From: an uncultured virus (IMG/VR IMGVR_UViG_3300036769_000405) | Lineage: Duplodnaviria; Heunggongvirae; Uroviricota; Caudoviricetes | Virus record (IMG/VR): IMGVR_UViG_3300036769_000405 | Length of the DNA stretch: 64,000 nucleotides | Reading direction: 5' to 3' (one strand) | Part shown: positions 1-8,674 of the stretch, piece by piece | Numbering within the stretch: position 1 is the stretch's first letter | Layout: every line of letters starts with the position of its first letter | Notes under the pieces: model-generated | Seen by the model: only the letters and a program-made list of their open reading frames with translations | The model's database searches: none | Told to the model about the DNA's origin: nothing | Position numbers and translations under genes: made by a program

Positions 1-111
1 ATCTTTGTGTTATTTATGTTGTACCTAAATGCGGTGTTCCAGATAACATTTTATGTTTTGGTATTTAAAAATTTACATTTGTTACAAATTGCAATTTTTA
101 CAATCAGCATT

Positions 112-188
112 AACAGTTACTACATTAGGTACATAACTGTTGTAATTAAAGAGTAACTGTTGTAATTAAAAGTCTAGTAATTAAAAGT
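112..188. repeat. Direct repeat TAACTGTTGTAATTAAA x2 (20-bp period), a partial third copy and an inverted half-copy
   Basis: Copies at 134-150 and 154-170, GTAATTAAAAGT at 177-188, inverted AACAGTTA at 112-119; upstream of the first gene. Confidence 0.8.
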
Positions 189-207
189 ATATTTTGGAGG
201 ATTTATA

Positions 208-906
208 ATGAAGATTGATTTAGTATCAGGACTGGTAGCAGACTTTGATGACCAGTTAAATGGTTATGTTATACATTTTTGGAGAGCAAAAGTTAAAGGA
301 CAACTTCTTAAAGATTGCTATGAAGTAGTTGACACTGTCAAGAAAGTAACAAGAACAAATGTAACACTTGGTCTTGATATCCTTAAAGGACGTGGATTTG
401 TATTTGAAAGTCAGGAGGATTTAACAAAGTATCTTCTCGACAATTCTAAAGAAATTAAATATCTGTTTGGAGAGAAACTCAAAACAAGAAAATCAATCGG
501 ACAGTATTCAGACATAATTCTGGATTGTGAGACCGGTAACCTCTATGGTGGGTACTTTACAAATGATGATTGGCAAACTAATATAACAGAACATTGCAGA
601 AATAAAGTGAAGAATGGAATCGGCACTTTGTTATGTCCAGATAGAACCATTAAAACATTTAATTGGGTTAATAATTCTATCGAAATTGATGAAAATCATT
701 ACAAGCTGGATGATTTACTGAAAGGTGTATCTGTAACAGATGCTGTTAAGGCTGTTGATAACTGGTCAGCTACTCATGATTTAGATGAGGTAACTGGAGT
801 ACAAAAGTTGCTCGAGTATTTACCTAAGTCTTTTGTAACAGAGTTACAGGAGTCTTATCCGTCAAAGTACATAGCTTATTATGCATTAACTTGTATGAAG
901 TATTAA
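208..906 (+). CDS. Hypothetical protein
   Basis: 232-aa ORF with GGAGG SD; no recognised motif. Confidence 0.75.
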   Translation: MKIDLVSGLVADFDDQLNGYVIHFWRAKVKGQLLKDCYEVVDTVKKVTRTNVTLGLDILKGRGFVFESQEDLTKYLLDNSKEIKYLFGEKLKTRKSIGQYSDIILDCETGNLYGGYFTNDDWQTNITEHCRNKVKNGIGTLLCPDRTIKTFNWVNNSIEIDENHYKLDDLLKGVSVTDAVKAVDNWSATHDLDEVTGVQKLLEYLPKSFVTELQESYPSKYIAYYALTCMKY

Positions 907-921
907 GGAGGATTTCCTATA

Positions 922-1062
922 ATGAATGATTTTGGTACTTGCCCTAGATGTGGTGGTAATATGGAAATGATTGATGTTGAACAGGGAACTGAATGTGATA
1001 CTTGTGGTTTTAAATATGATACGTTTGGTAATGAAGTTCTTGAAGATGATTGTACTAACTGA
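922..1062 (+). CDS. Small zinc-ribbon protein (46 aa, not in ORF track)
   Basis: AAGGAGG SD; translates MNDFGTCPRCGGNMEMIDVEQGTECDTCGFKYD..., two CxxC pairs. Confidence 0.75.
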   Translation: MNDFGTCPRCGGNMEMIDVEQGTECDTCGFKYDTFGNEVLEDDCTN

Positions 1063-1075
1063 ATAGAGGTTTACT

Positions 1076-1376
1076 GTGGTAACACGAAGCTTTTTGAACA
1101 GCACCTAAGACTTCACTTTTAATTAAACGTATTACTGAAAAGAATGGTGATGTTGTTTATTATTTCAATAAAGTATTTGTTGTTAAAACTATAGGTGTTT
1201 TACTGGAGATACCAAAGAGTTCATGGATACCTTGTAGATTTAGAAACAATTATGTTCACTTGGGTCCTGATTTTGCTTACAAGTATTTTGCACAGGTCAT
1301 AGAGCATAATAATGACATTGATAAATTAGTAGCTTATGCTGGAGTAACACTTAATTGGAACTGTCAGTTATACTGA
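1076..1376 (+). pseudogene. Frameshifted hypothetical gene (~99 aa if one base is removed)
   Basis: GAGG SD and GTG at 1076; the long open frame 1098-1376 (TAPKTSLLIKR...) is +1 to it and has no start of its own. Confidence 0.5.
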
Positions 1377-1405
1377 ATATTAAACACAAAATAAGGAGAA
1401 TTACA

Positions 1406-1792
1406 ATGGCTAAGGAAACATTGACTTATTTAGATTTCGCTGCTGATGAAGCTTTATATCTTATAACTGCTTATTCAAAAGGGTTAAGATATAATGCCAT
1501 GGTAGCCCAAGCACAACGTATTTGCGAATGCTATATGAAGCATGTTATTACCAGAAGTTTAATGAACAATAATCCTGTAATGACTTCGCATAATCTTAGA
1601 ACTCTCTATGAGTTTCTCGAAGATATGGGTCTTGACATGAAGCCCATTAGAGCACAGGTAATGATGCTAAACAATTTCTACACACATACGCGATATCCTG
1701 GTAAAGATGCTTTCATGGCATCTGAAGAAGATATCGTTGGTGCAGTTAAAGCTATACAGGATATAATAAAATTTATGGCGAGGTATTACTAA
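1406..1792 (+). CDS. HEPN domain protein
   Basis: AQRICECYMKH, SHNLRTLY, YTHTRYPG match the QQAxEKxLK / HxL / Y..RYP pattern of HEPN; SD-supported ATG at 1406. Confidence 0.8.
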   Translation: MAKETLTYLDFAADEALYLITAYSKGLRYNAMVAQAQRICECYMKHVITRSLMNNNPVMTSHNLRTLYEFLEDMGLDMKPIRAQVMMLNNFYTHTRYPGKDAFMASEEDIVGAVKAIQDIIKFMARYY

Positions 1793-2335
1793 ATGTCTGA
1801 TAAAGCTTGTTTAGTTTATAATAAATCCAAATCACAGGAAGTAGCTTTGAATAATGTGGCAGTACGTTGCAAAGAAATCATTACAGATAACTCTGAATAC
1901 TTAACAACTTTAAAACGGTTATGTGGAACACTTTGTTATTCTTCTTTATTTCTACTGCCGGATTACGAGTTAGCTAATGAACAAAAGTACACATTTGAAA
2001 ACGTTTGCTATTTTGTTCCGGGATTATTAAAAATGACATTGCATGAAATGCTGGATAACTTATCTATTGTCGTAACATCAAATAGTCAACAGAAAATTCA
2101 TTCGGCATTGAAAGCAATTCTACATGAATGTATGTATGCTGAGGTCATTAGTCTTCTAAAGGTTAATGTAAAAGATACATACTGCGCTTTACTTTATGTA
2201 TATTGCAAGTTATGTAAAAATACAAATCATGCTAATAAGGTCAAAGAATTCTGGGCGGACAATCGCCGTGGATTTCAATACATTTGGTCTTATTTTGAAA
2301 AGGAGATGTCTGATGTTAACGGATCTTTATACTAA
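1793..2335 (+). CDS. Hypothetical protein
   Basis: 180-aa ORF abutting the HEPN stop. Confidence 0.7.
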   Translation: MSDKACLVYNKSKSQEVALNNVAVRCKEIITDNSEYLTTLKRLCGTLCYSSLFLLPDYELANEQKYTFENVCYFVPGLLKMTLHEMLDNLSIVVTSNSQQKIHSALKAILHECMYAEVISLLKVNVKDTYCALLYVYCKLCKNTNHANKVKEFWADNRRGFQYIWSYFEKEMSDVNGSLY

Positions 2336-2720
2336 AATCGATAAGTTGATAGATCGTGATATTTTGAATGATAAACATATTATTTTTGATCTGATGAAAG
2401 ATGCAAATTTTATCGATCTCTTCACTCCACCTACAATGTTCCCGGTTAAAGACATCCTCGCTTCTATGATGTCTGTTAGTTATCTAAAAGCAAAAACATG
2501 TTATGATTTAATCAGGAATCCGAACCTGTATGATTACCTTGAGTTAATTGGTGTTAAGCAAATGTACTTTGCAGCAGCTCTGTGCATGTATGTTAGGGGT
2601 GCTTACAAACTCATACCTGATTTTGATTTAGGTTATTGTTTAGAAGATGAGTTTGGTCAGGATACCTACAACGCTATCATTCGTAGTATAACTCAAGCAT
2701 TAGAGGTGTTCTATGATTGA
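2313..2720 (+). CDS. Hypothetical protein
   Basis: AAGGAG SD supports ATG 2313 within track ORF 2196..2720. Confidence 0.65.
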   Translation: MLTDLYTKIDKLIDRDILNDKHIIFDLMKDANFIDLFTPPTMFPVKDILASMMSVSYLKAKTCYDLIRNPNLYDYLELIGVKQMYFAAALCMYVRGAYKLIPDFDLGYCLEDEFGQDTYNAIIRSITQALEVFYD

Positions 2721-3144
2721 TCTTTATACTGACGTATCTGTTTGTAAAGGTTCAGCCGTCGCAACCTGTTTTGTTATCTCTACAGATTATTTCCTCGGCT
2801 ATAACTCTTTTAAGTATGAATCCGTTAATTCTTCTCTACAAGGAGAGTTAATGGGTATACGTGATGGACTTAGTTATGTTAAGTCTTTAACTAAATCACA
2901 TGAACTTATAAATGTTTATTCTGATTCCTATTCAGCTGTACAACTTATCAAGTCAAAAGGTTATACTTCTAAGGGAAATAAACAATTTGAAACTCTAGTG
3001 TCTGATATACAAAAGTTGTGTAACGGACAGAATGTAAACTTCCTTCTTATTCGAGGGCATCAAGTAGAGCATAATCCTAATAAGGTCGTAGACTTGATTA
3101 GTAATTCAGTTCTACGTTACAAATCAAATAAAAATAAGGAGTGA
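2713..3144 (+). CDS. Ribonuclease HI-like protein (catalytic domain only)
   Basis: LYTDVS, GELMGI, VYSDS, IRGHQ, NKVVDLIS give the D-E-D-(H)-D RNase H catalytic set. Confidence 0.8.
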   Translation: MIDLYTDVSVCKGSAVATCFVISTDYFLGYNSFKYESVNSSLQGELMGIRDGLSYVKSLTKSHELINVYSDSYSAVQLIKSKGYTSKGNKQFETLVSDIQKLCNGQNVNFLLIRGHQVEHNPNKVVDLISNSVLRYKSNKNKE

Positions 3145-3150
3145 TGTTTT

Positions 3151-3885
3151 ATGAAGGAGGAAATTGAAAGCAAGGCTCATGAGTTAGCCACTACTATTGG
3201 TACTGCTAGTATTGTAATCACCATTTTATGTGCAGTTGTACTATCATTTTATTTACTGAGTAAACTTTTGTCCATGAAGCGTGGTAGCAGTACAGCAACT
3301 AGATTTGTACGTGATACTGTAGGTTATCACAGTACAACTCTATGGATGCTTATATGTTTAGCTTGCTTTTTTATCGAAACCTGTGTAGGATTAGTATTGA
3401 TTAATAAATTCTGGGCAGGACTTCCTTGGTTAATTCCTGCAGTTATTGCGTATATAATAAAGTTTCAATCAACAGTTTCGAAGCAACGTGTTACTGATGC
3501 ACGCAATGTTGCAACAGCAGCAACTAATGTTGCTTTAAATTCAAATAACCCTGTATCTAGGGCTGTAAAGAATACAGTACAAACCGCAAGTATTGAAGCA
3601 AAATCTCAACCTGTAGTTGATGCAGTTGTTATTGAAGATTCTACTAATGTACAACAGATTGAAGCAAAACCACAGCCTAGTATGAAAGCTATTGCTATGG
3701 ACACTTCTGATGAATCTTTCAGAGCATTCGCGTCACGTGCTGGTATTAACATTGATGATAAGACTGATGATCAAATTGCAAGCGAAGTTATCAGAAATGC
3801 ACCACAATCAATGTTAGCTGCATTGCCTAATGACTTAAGTAACAAAGAAAAGGCTCTACGTATTATGAATGGGGTGGTATCTTGA
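3151..3885 (+). CDS. Membrane protein (about 3 TM segments plus cytoplasmic tail)
   Basis: Hydrophobic stretches in the N-terminal half; AAGGAG SD. Confidence 0.7.
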   Translation: MKEEIESKAHELATTIGTASIVITILCAVVLSFYLLSKLLSMKRGSSTATRFVRDTVGYHSTTLWMLICLACFFIETCVGLVLINKFWAGLPWLIPAVIAYIIKFQSTVSKQRVTDARNVATAATNVALNSNNPVSRAVKNTVQTASIEAKSQPVVDAVVIEDSTNVQQIEAKPQPSMKAIAMDTSDESFRAFASRAGINIDDKTDDQIASEVIRNAPQSMLAALPNDLSNKEKALRIMNGVVS

Positions 3886-4595
3886 GAACAATTAAGAAAT
3901 TTGTACTCTCTCTCTCTCTCTCAATTATAGTGCTATTTAACTGCACAGGATGCTCTTTTGATGAAGTAGTAGAAACTATACAGTCTATTCCTACACAGGC
4001 AGAATTGCAGGTAGATAGTTATATTGGGATGAGCGCTAGTACATCAGAAGCTTATACTAAATATAAAAACAAATTAGATAGTAATAACAATACAACTTAT
4101 ACAAGTAATCCTTGGAAAGCAGTTATAGGTATTTTTGATAAAAGTCAAACAGTCAAATTTGATCTTTTTGGGATAAGACAGACTGTGGATGAAACACAAT
4201 TAGCTAATTATAAAATTGAGTATGAAGATAATAAGGCTAATGACTTGACTTATACATCAAATAAGAATAACTATATAACTAAAGGTATTATAGCAGTTTT
4301 AGTTGTAATAGTCCTTCTACTTATCATATTACTTCTACTACGTAGTAGAAGAAAGAAAGTAGCTGGACCTACAGTTGTGGTTAGCCAACCTGCCGCAACA
4401 GTTATACCACAAGTAAATACTACAGGTCAATTAACCGTTGATTACGATTCTTTATTAACAGCTGTTTGTACTAAAGGTGGCGTTTCAGTTGCTGAAGTGT
4501 TACCACATTTTAGTAATTCACGTGCTGCTTATGAGAAAGTTAATATACTTGTAGGAAAAGGTAAAACAGGTCAAGAAATTTTAAACTCTATCTGA
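3882..4595 (+). CDS. Putative lipoprotein with internal TM, paralog of 4649..5440
   Basis: Signal peptide with CTGC lipobox-like Cys; TM GIIAVLVVIVLLLIILLLL; C-terminal VDYDSLL...SRAAYEK...GKG.TGQEILN domain shared with next gene. Confidence 0.75.
   Translation: MRTIKKFVLSLSLSIIVLFNCTGCSFDEVVETIQSIPTQAELQVDSYIGMSASTSEAYTKYKNKLDSNNNTTYTSNPWKAVIGIFDKSQTVKFDLFGIRQTVDETQLANYKIEYEDNKANDLTYTSNKNNYITKGIIAVLVVIVLLLIILLLLRSRRKKVAGPTVVVSQPAATVIPQVNTTGQLTVDYDSLLTAVCTKGGVSVAEVLPHFSNSRAAYEKVNILVGKGKTGQEILNSI
3906..3922 (+). repeat. (CT)8C dinucleotide microsatellite in signal-peptide coding region
   Basis: CTCTCTCTCTCTCTCTC encoding LSLSLS. Confidence 0.9.
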
Positions 4596-4648
4596 TCAGT
4601 TTAAGAATCAATCAACCTGTCTTATCTGATTTTGTTAAGAAAGGTTGA

Positions 4649-5440
4649 TTGATTATGAGCAACTTAACATATAAAAGAATTGTATTGACCATTTTGTTTA
4701 GCATACTCAGTGTTAATCTTTCTGGGTGTGGAAAATCATCAAATACTCTATCTTCCATGATCTCATCTTTAGTAAGTGACTATAAAAATGAATCTGTAAA
4801 AAATAGTCTAGAAGCTGATAAAGAATATCCTATGAGTAAAGATACATTGAAGGCTAATGAAGATTATAATGAAGCCGTTAATAAATGTGAGACTCAGAAA
4901 AGTGGATGGAATATATTCAAAGCTATTACAAGTGATACCTATTGTCTTCCATTTAATAAAAGCTCACAAGAGGCTAATTTAGAAGCTGATAAAGTACAAG
5001 CAAAAAATACTTACGAAGAGACTAAAGCTAATGATGAGATTTATCAAGCAGCTCTACAGGCTGAAGATGATCAGGCTACTGCTGAGAAAGAGGCTAACCA
5101 AGAAGAAGTTACCAATTATCTGAATAAGAACAAAACGCTTATTATTGTTTTAATTGCTGTAGTTTTAATTATTTTAGCCATAGCTATGTACCTTAAGATG
5201 CATGCTAAACCAGTATCAGAATCTGTTGTGGAAAAGACATCTGAAACTTTACAGCAACCTAAAACATCTGGAGAACTTGTTGTTGATTATGACTCTCTAC
5301 TTGAACAACGCTGTAAGGAGGTTGGAATTTCTCCTTCAGATGTTCTATCCCATTTCTCAGATTCTAGATCAGCCTATGAAAAGATTAACATTATGGTTGG
5401 TAAGGGAATGTCTGGTCAAGAAATTTTGAATCAAATTTAA
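4649..5440 (+). CDS. Putative lipoprotein with internal TM, paralog of 3882..4595
   Basis: LSGC lipobox; TM LIIVLIAVVLIILAIAMY; C-terminal VDYDSLL...SRSAYEK...GKGMSGQEILN. Confidence 0.75.
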   Translation: MIMSNLTYKRIVLTILFSILSVNLSGCGKSSNTLSSMISSLVSDYKNESVKNSLEADKEYPMSKDTLKANEDYNEAVNKCETQKSGWNIFKAITSDTYCLPFNKSSQEANLEADKVQAKNTYEETKANDEIYQAALQAEDDQATAEKEANQEEVTNYLNKNKTLIIVLIAVVLIILAIAMYLKMHAKPVSESVVEKTSETLQQPKTSGELVVDYDSLLEQRCKEVGISPSDVLSHFSDSRSAYEKINIMVGKGMSGQEILNQI

Positions 5441-5461
5441 AAATATTACAAGAGGTGTTGT

Positions 5462-5741
5462 ATGAATATTATAGGAATTGTAGTTATTATTCTGGGTGTG
5501 TATTTCTGTATCAAGTTAGGTTTGAAAGATGGTTTAATCTTTCTTCTTAAAGAAGCTTTATTTCCCAGGATTAGGTGCAATTCTAGGTATGCTTATTGGC
5601 GTGCTCATTGTTCAGGATGATGAGATTATGATTGTTTTAGCAGTCGTTGGACTCATTATCGGTATCATTCCAGTAGTTCTGGACGGTAAGAAGAAATTGG
5701 ATAAGGTGAAAGAACAAGAGCAGAATAATAAGAATAATTAG
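5462..5741 (+). pseudogene. Small membrane protein gene with +1 frameshift at TTT CCC AGG (5561-5569)
   Basis: Frame 0 MNIIGIVV...KEALFP continues in +1 frame as GLGAILGMLIG...KKKLDK, resembling the next gene (GLGATVGLL...KKKIDN). Confidence 0.7.
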
Positions 5742-5750
5742 GAGGCTGTT

Positions 5751-5993
5751 ATGTCCTGGGTTAGTGTTATATGTTTTGTGTGCTTTTTTGCAATAGCATT
5801 AAAAGTAGGAGTTGGTAAGGCTTTTGGTTGGCTTTTCAAATCGTGGTTTTTAGTAGGCTGTATGAGTGGACTTGGTGCTACTGTAGGACTCTTAACAGGA
5901 TTTGGATTTTTTAATGGTAGCGCTGTAGGACTCCTTATTGGAGAGATCTTAGCTTTAAATAATGCTAAAAAGAAAATTGATAATAACAAATAA
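5751..5993 (+). CDS. Small Gly-rich membrane protein
   Basis: 80 aa, hydrophobic, GGAGG SD. Confidence 0.75.
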   Translation: MSWVSVICFVCFFAIALKVGVGKAFGWLFKSWFLVGCMSGLGATVGLLTGFGFFNGSAVGLLIGEILALNNAKKKIDNNK

Positions 5994-6019
5994 TGTAATA
6001 ACTTAAGGAGGTTTATTAC

Positions 6020-6263
6020 ATGTTAATAAGTCTACTTTTTTATACTTATAATTATTCCAGCAATTGCAAGTATTGGTTTAATTACAAATAAGAATATCAA
6101 TGATAAAGTTTTTGGAATTAGTATTCTGATTACTGAAGTTATAAGCATTATTCTTGGTTACTTTATTCATGGTATTGAGGGAATTGCTCTTACTCTAGTA
6201 ATTGAATCACTGATTATTGTTCCAATGCTCGCATTGTTCTGTAGTTATCTTACTGAGAGGTGA
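6020..6263 (+). pseudogene. Small membrane protein gene with +1 frameshift in a T6 run (6036-6041)
   Basis: AAGGAGG SD, MLISLLF, then the +1 frame continues ILIIIPAI...LGYFIHGIEGI, similar to LIGYFISGIDGV of the next gene. Confidence 0.7.
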
Positions 6264-6499
6264 TGTTTATGCTAGATATTATCTTTGAGTTAGGTTATGC
6301 TATAACTCTTATTAGTGTCTTATTTGCAATAATGTTTTTAGATATTAAAATTTTCATACGTATTTTACTTAGTATACTACTTGCAAGTATTTGTTGTTTG
6401 ATAGGTTACTTTATATCTGGAATTGATGGAGTTATTTTAGGAAGTATTACTTTACTTGTTTGGTTTTTATCAATACAAACTTTATGTGATAGGAGTTGA
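6260..6499 (+). CDS. Small membrane protein
   Basis: 79 aa, about 3 hydrophobic segments. Confidence 0.7.
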   Translation: MMFMLDIIFELGYAITLISVLFAIMFLDIKIFIRILLSILLASICCLIGYFISGIDGVILGSITLLVWFLSIQTLCDRS

Positions 6500-6509
6500 T
6501 AATCTATTT

Positions 6510-7118
6510 ATGTATGCAGTAGTAGCTCCTGGATTTAGTTGTGTATATTCTAACTGGGCTGATGTCGAAAGAATAAAAGCATTATATCCCTACCCTAAGT
6601 GGATTAAGTGTCATTCTGAAGAAGAGGCTCGAGCCTGGATAAAACGCAACTCCTATGGTAAACATCTTACAGGTATTTATAATTATGGGAATACTTTTAG
6701 AAGTTTGTACATAGATGCTAAGTATAAAATTGGTGACGGTTGCATTTATTATGTACTTGATTGTTCTAAAGTAGGTCACATAAGAATTCATACCAAAGAT
6801 GTTTTTGTTGAATACAAAGGAAGTAAGATTTATATCAAGCTTCCTAATATTTATGTCTCTAATGAGACCACTGCAGGGCACATGTCAGCAATACATAATC
6901 TATTAAAGATTTTGGGAGATTATGTAGATGTTAATATTGAGTTACCATATTACTCATTATTCTATTGCCTGACCGTTTACTCCAAGGGTAATAATAGACC
7001 AGTTCAGTTAGTTAAGAATCTAATTGAACAACGTCTGGGTGCCGTTGCTTTATCACTTAAAATGGAGAATTTTAGTGAGGAGGAAAGTGCTTATGTCAAC
7101 AGAGATGATGGAACATAA
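6510..7118 (+). CDS. RNase H1/viroplasmin N-terminal hybrid-binding domain protein with possible degenerate RNase H-like fold
   Basis: MYAVVAPGFSCVYSNWADV...KCHSEEEARAWI resembles the YAV..G...GVY..W.EC...F.S.EEA..W pattern; no D-E-D set in the C-terminal part. Confidence 0.65.
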   Translation: MYAVVAPGFSCVYSNWADVERIKALYPYPKWIKCHSEEEARAWIKRNSYGKHLTGIYNYGNTFRSLYIDAKYKIGDGCIYYVLDCSKVGHIRIHTKDVFVEYKGSKIYIKLPNIYVSNETTAGHMSAIHNLLKILGDYVDVNIELPYYSLFYCLTVYSKGNNRPVQLVKNLIEQRLGAVALSLKMENFSEEESAYVNRDDGT

Positions 7119-8658
7119 CTCTTCCGATGGAGAATCACCAGAGGCAAAAAGCAATATTATTCAGTTTCCAATTTCAGATAACTCTATGTTTACTATAACA
7201 GCTAATGACTTTGACGGCAGTACACCTGCTCAACAAAATTATGGTGATGCTGACTTTTCAGAGATTTCAGCATTTAAGAAACAAGCTGAAACTGATGGTT
7301 ATTCTTCTGAATATGTAGAAGCCGCAGCAAAACTTGCAAACAGTACCACAAGATCCTACACTGATTTTGAGAAATTGATTGATCAAGCTATGGATGATGC
7401 TGAGCGCAGAGAGCAAGAAGCAATTGAGCGGCAGATGCGTATCCGTAAGTCTATACAGATGGAGATTGGGAAACTATCCAAGTTGGACAACATTGCACAG
7501 TATGCTGATAATTTAATTTATCATGTGTATCAAACTACAGCTGTCACGATCATGGATATTGTCAAACATGCTACACCTGAAGAGTTACAGTTAAACATCT
7601 TTAAGGAGCCCGTTTACTCAGTTATCATTCAGATTAATAAGGAGTGGGTTGCAAATAAGGTAGCTGAGATTCTTGCTGGTTGGGAAACAAATCAATACCC
7701 TAAAGAGTTTATTGAGAATTATCTCAGAAGTCAGAACGTTCCGGATAACCTATTTGAAAAGAATAAAGCAAACTTAATTCAGGTATTACCTGTAACTATA
7801 CAGAGTGAGAAATCACCTGACACATACAAACAATTTAGAGCTGTACAATTAATTCTACAAGCTAAAAATCCTGAAGAGTCAATTGTTATAGCTAATGATA
7901 TTCTTTCACAACCTATTCAAAACTGTGAATATAGTGCAGTTCTAGAAAAAGAGATGGAAGATGGCATGCCCTCATTAGCGGCTCAAGCAAAAGCCACTCA
8001 GTGTTCTATTGAAACTTTACCGGATTCTATGAAGTCAAAATTATCCACTGTAGGTCTTGTAGGTACTGCAGGGGCTTTTTGTGGTAAAGTTATCAATATG
8101 AAATATAAAGCCGCTAAAACATTTGACGATATGCTTTATGAAAGTATGGGTCAGTATGGAGATATGTGGCGTGCAAACCGTGAGGTCTCTAAGCAGCGTA
8201 AAGAGGAACTAAAAAATTTAAAGGCTGAAATCAAACACAGAGAAGCTATTGAAAATCTCGAAAATCAGTCTATGAATCGTGCGTTTGAAAGGGATCAACG
8301 TAATTACTATAAAGACTTACAAAGAGCAGAAGAACTTGAACAAAGAAAGAACGCTAATCTTGATAAGCGAAATCAAGTTAAATCAAAACCTGTTATCAAG
8401 GATAATAAAGAGTCTGCAGAGGCAAGAGACTTTGCTCCTGATATTCCGATACCTGTTATTATTGGTACTGTTAATAGTCTTCTAGGTTTCTTCACTTGGT
8501 TATTACTTGGTGGTATGATAGGTATAGTTTGTGTTGTAGGTCTTGGTATTGCTTTTATCGGATTCATTAAAAAAGAACATGGAGAAGATAAAGCATTATT
8601 GACTATAGCTGGCGGGTATGCTTTATATGCTATCGCCCTAATCTTTAACTTTATGTAA
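7093..8658 (+). CDS. Coiled-coil protein with C-terminal TM segments
   Basis: Charged helical segments; about 3 hydrophobic helices at the C-terminus; GAGGAGG SD. Confidence 0.7.
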   Translation: MSTEMMEHNSSDGESPEAKSNIIQFPISDNSMFTITANDFDGSTPAQQNYGDADFSEISAFKKQAETDGYSSEYVEAAAKLANSTTRSYTDFEKLIDQAMDDAERREQEAIERQMRIRKSIQMEIGKLSKLDNIAQYADNLIYHVYQTTAVTIMDIVKHATPEELQLNIFKEPVYSVIIQINKEWVANKVAEILAGWETNQYPKEFIENYLRSQNVPDNLFEKNKANLIQVLPVTIQSEKSPDTYKQFRAVQLILQAKNPEESIVIANDILSQPIQNCEYSAVLEKEMEDGMPSLAAQAKATQCSIETLPDSMKSKLSTVGLVGTAGAFCGKVINMKYKAAKTFDDMLYESMGQYGDMWRANREVSKQRKEELKNLKAEIKHREAIENLENQSMNRAFERDQRNYYKDLQRAEELEQRKNANLDKRNQVKSKPVIKDNKESAEARDFAPDIPIPVIIGTVNSLLGFFTWLLLGGMIGIVCVVGLGIAFIGFIKKEHGEDKALLTIAGGYALYAIALIFNFM

Positions 8659-8674
8659 GGGAGATATTTCAAAA

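Noticed and set aside
8041..8049. TTATCCAC DnaA-box-like sequence
   Set aside because: Single imperfect copy inside a CDS
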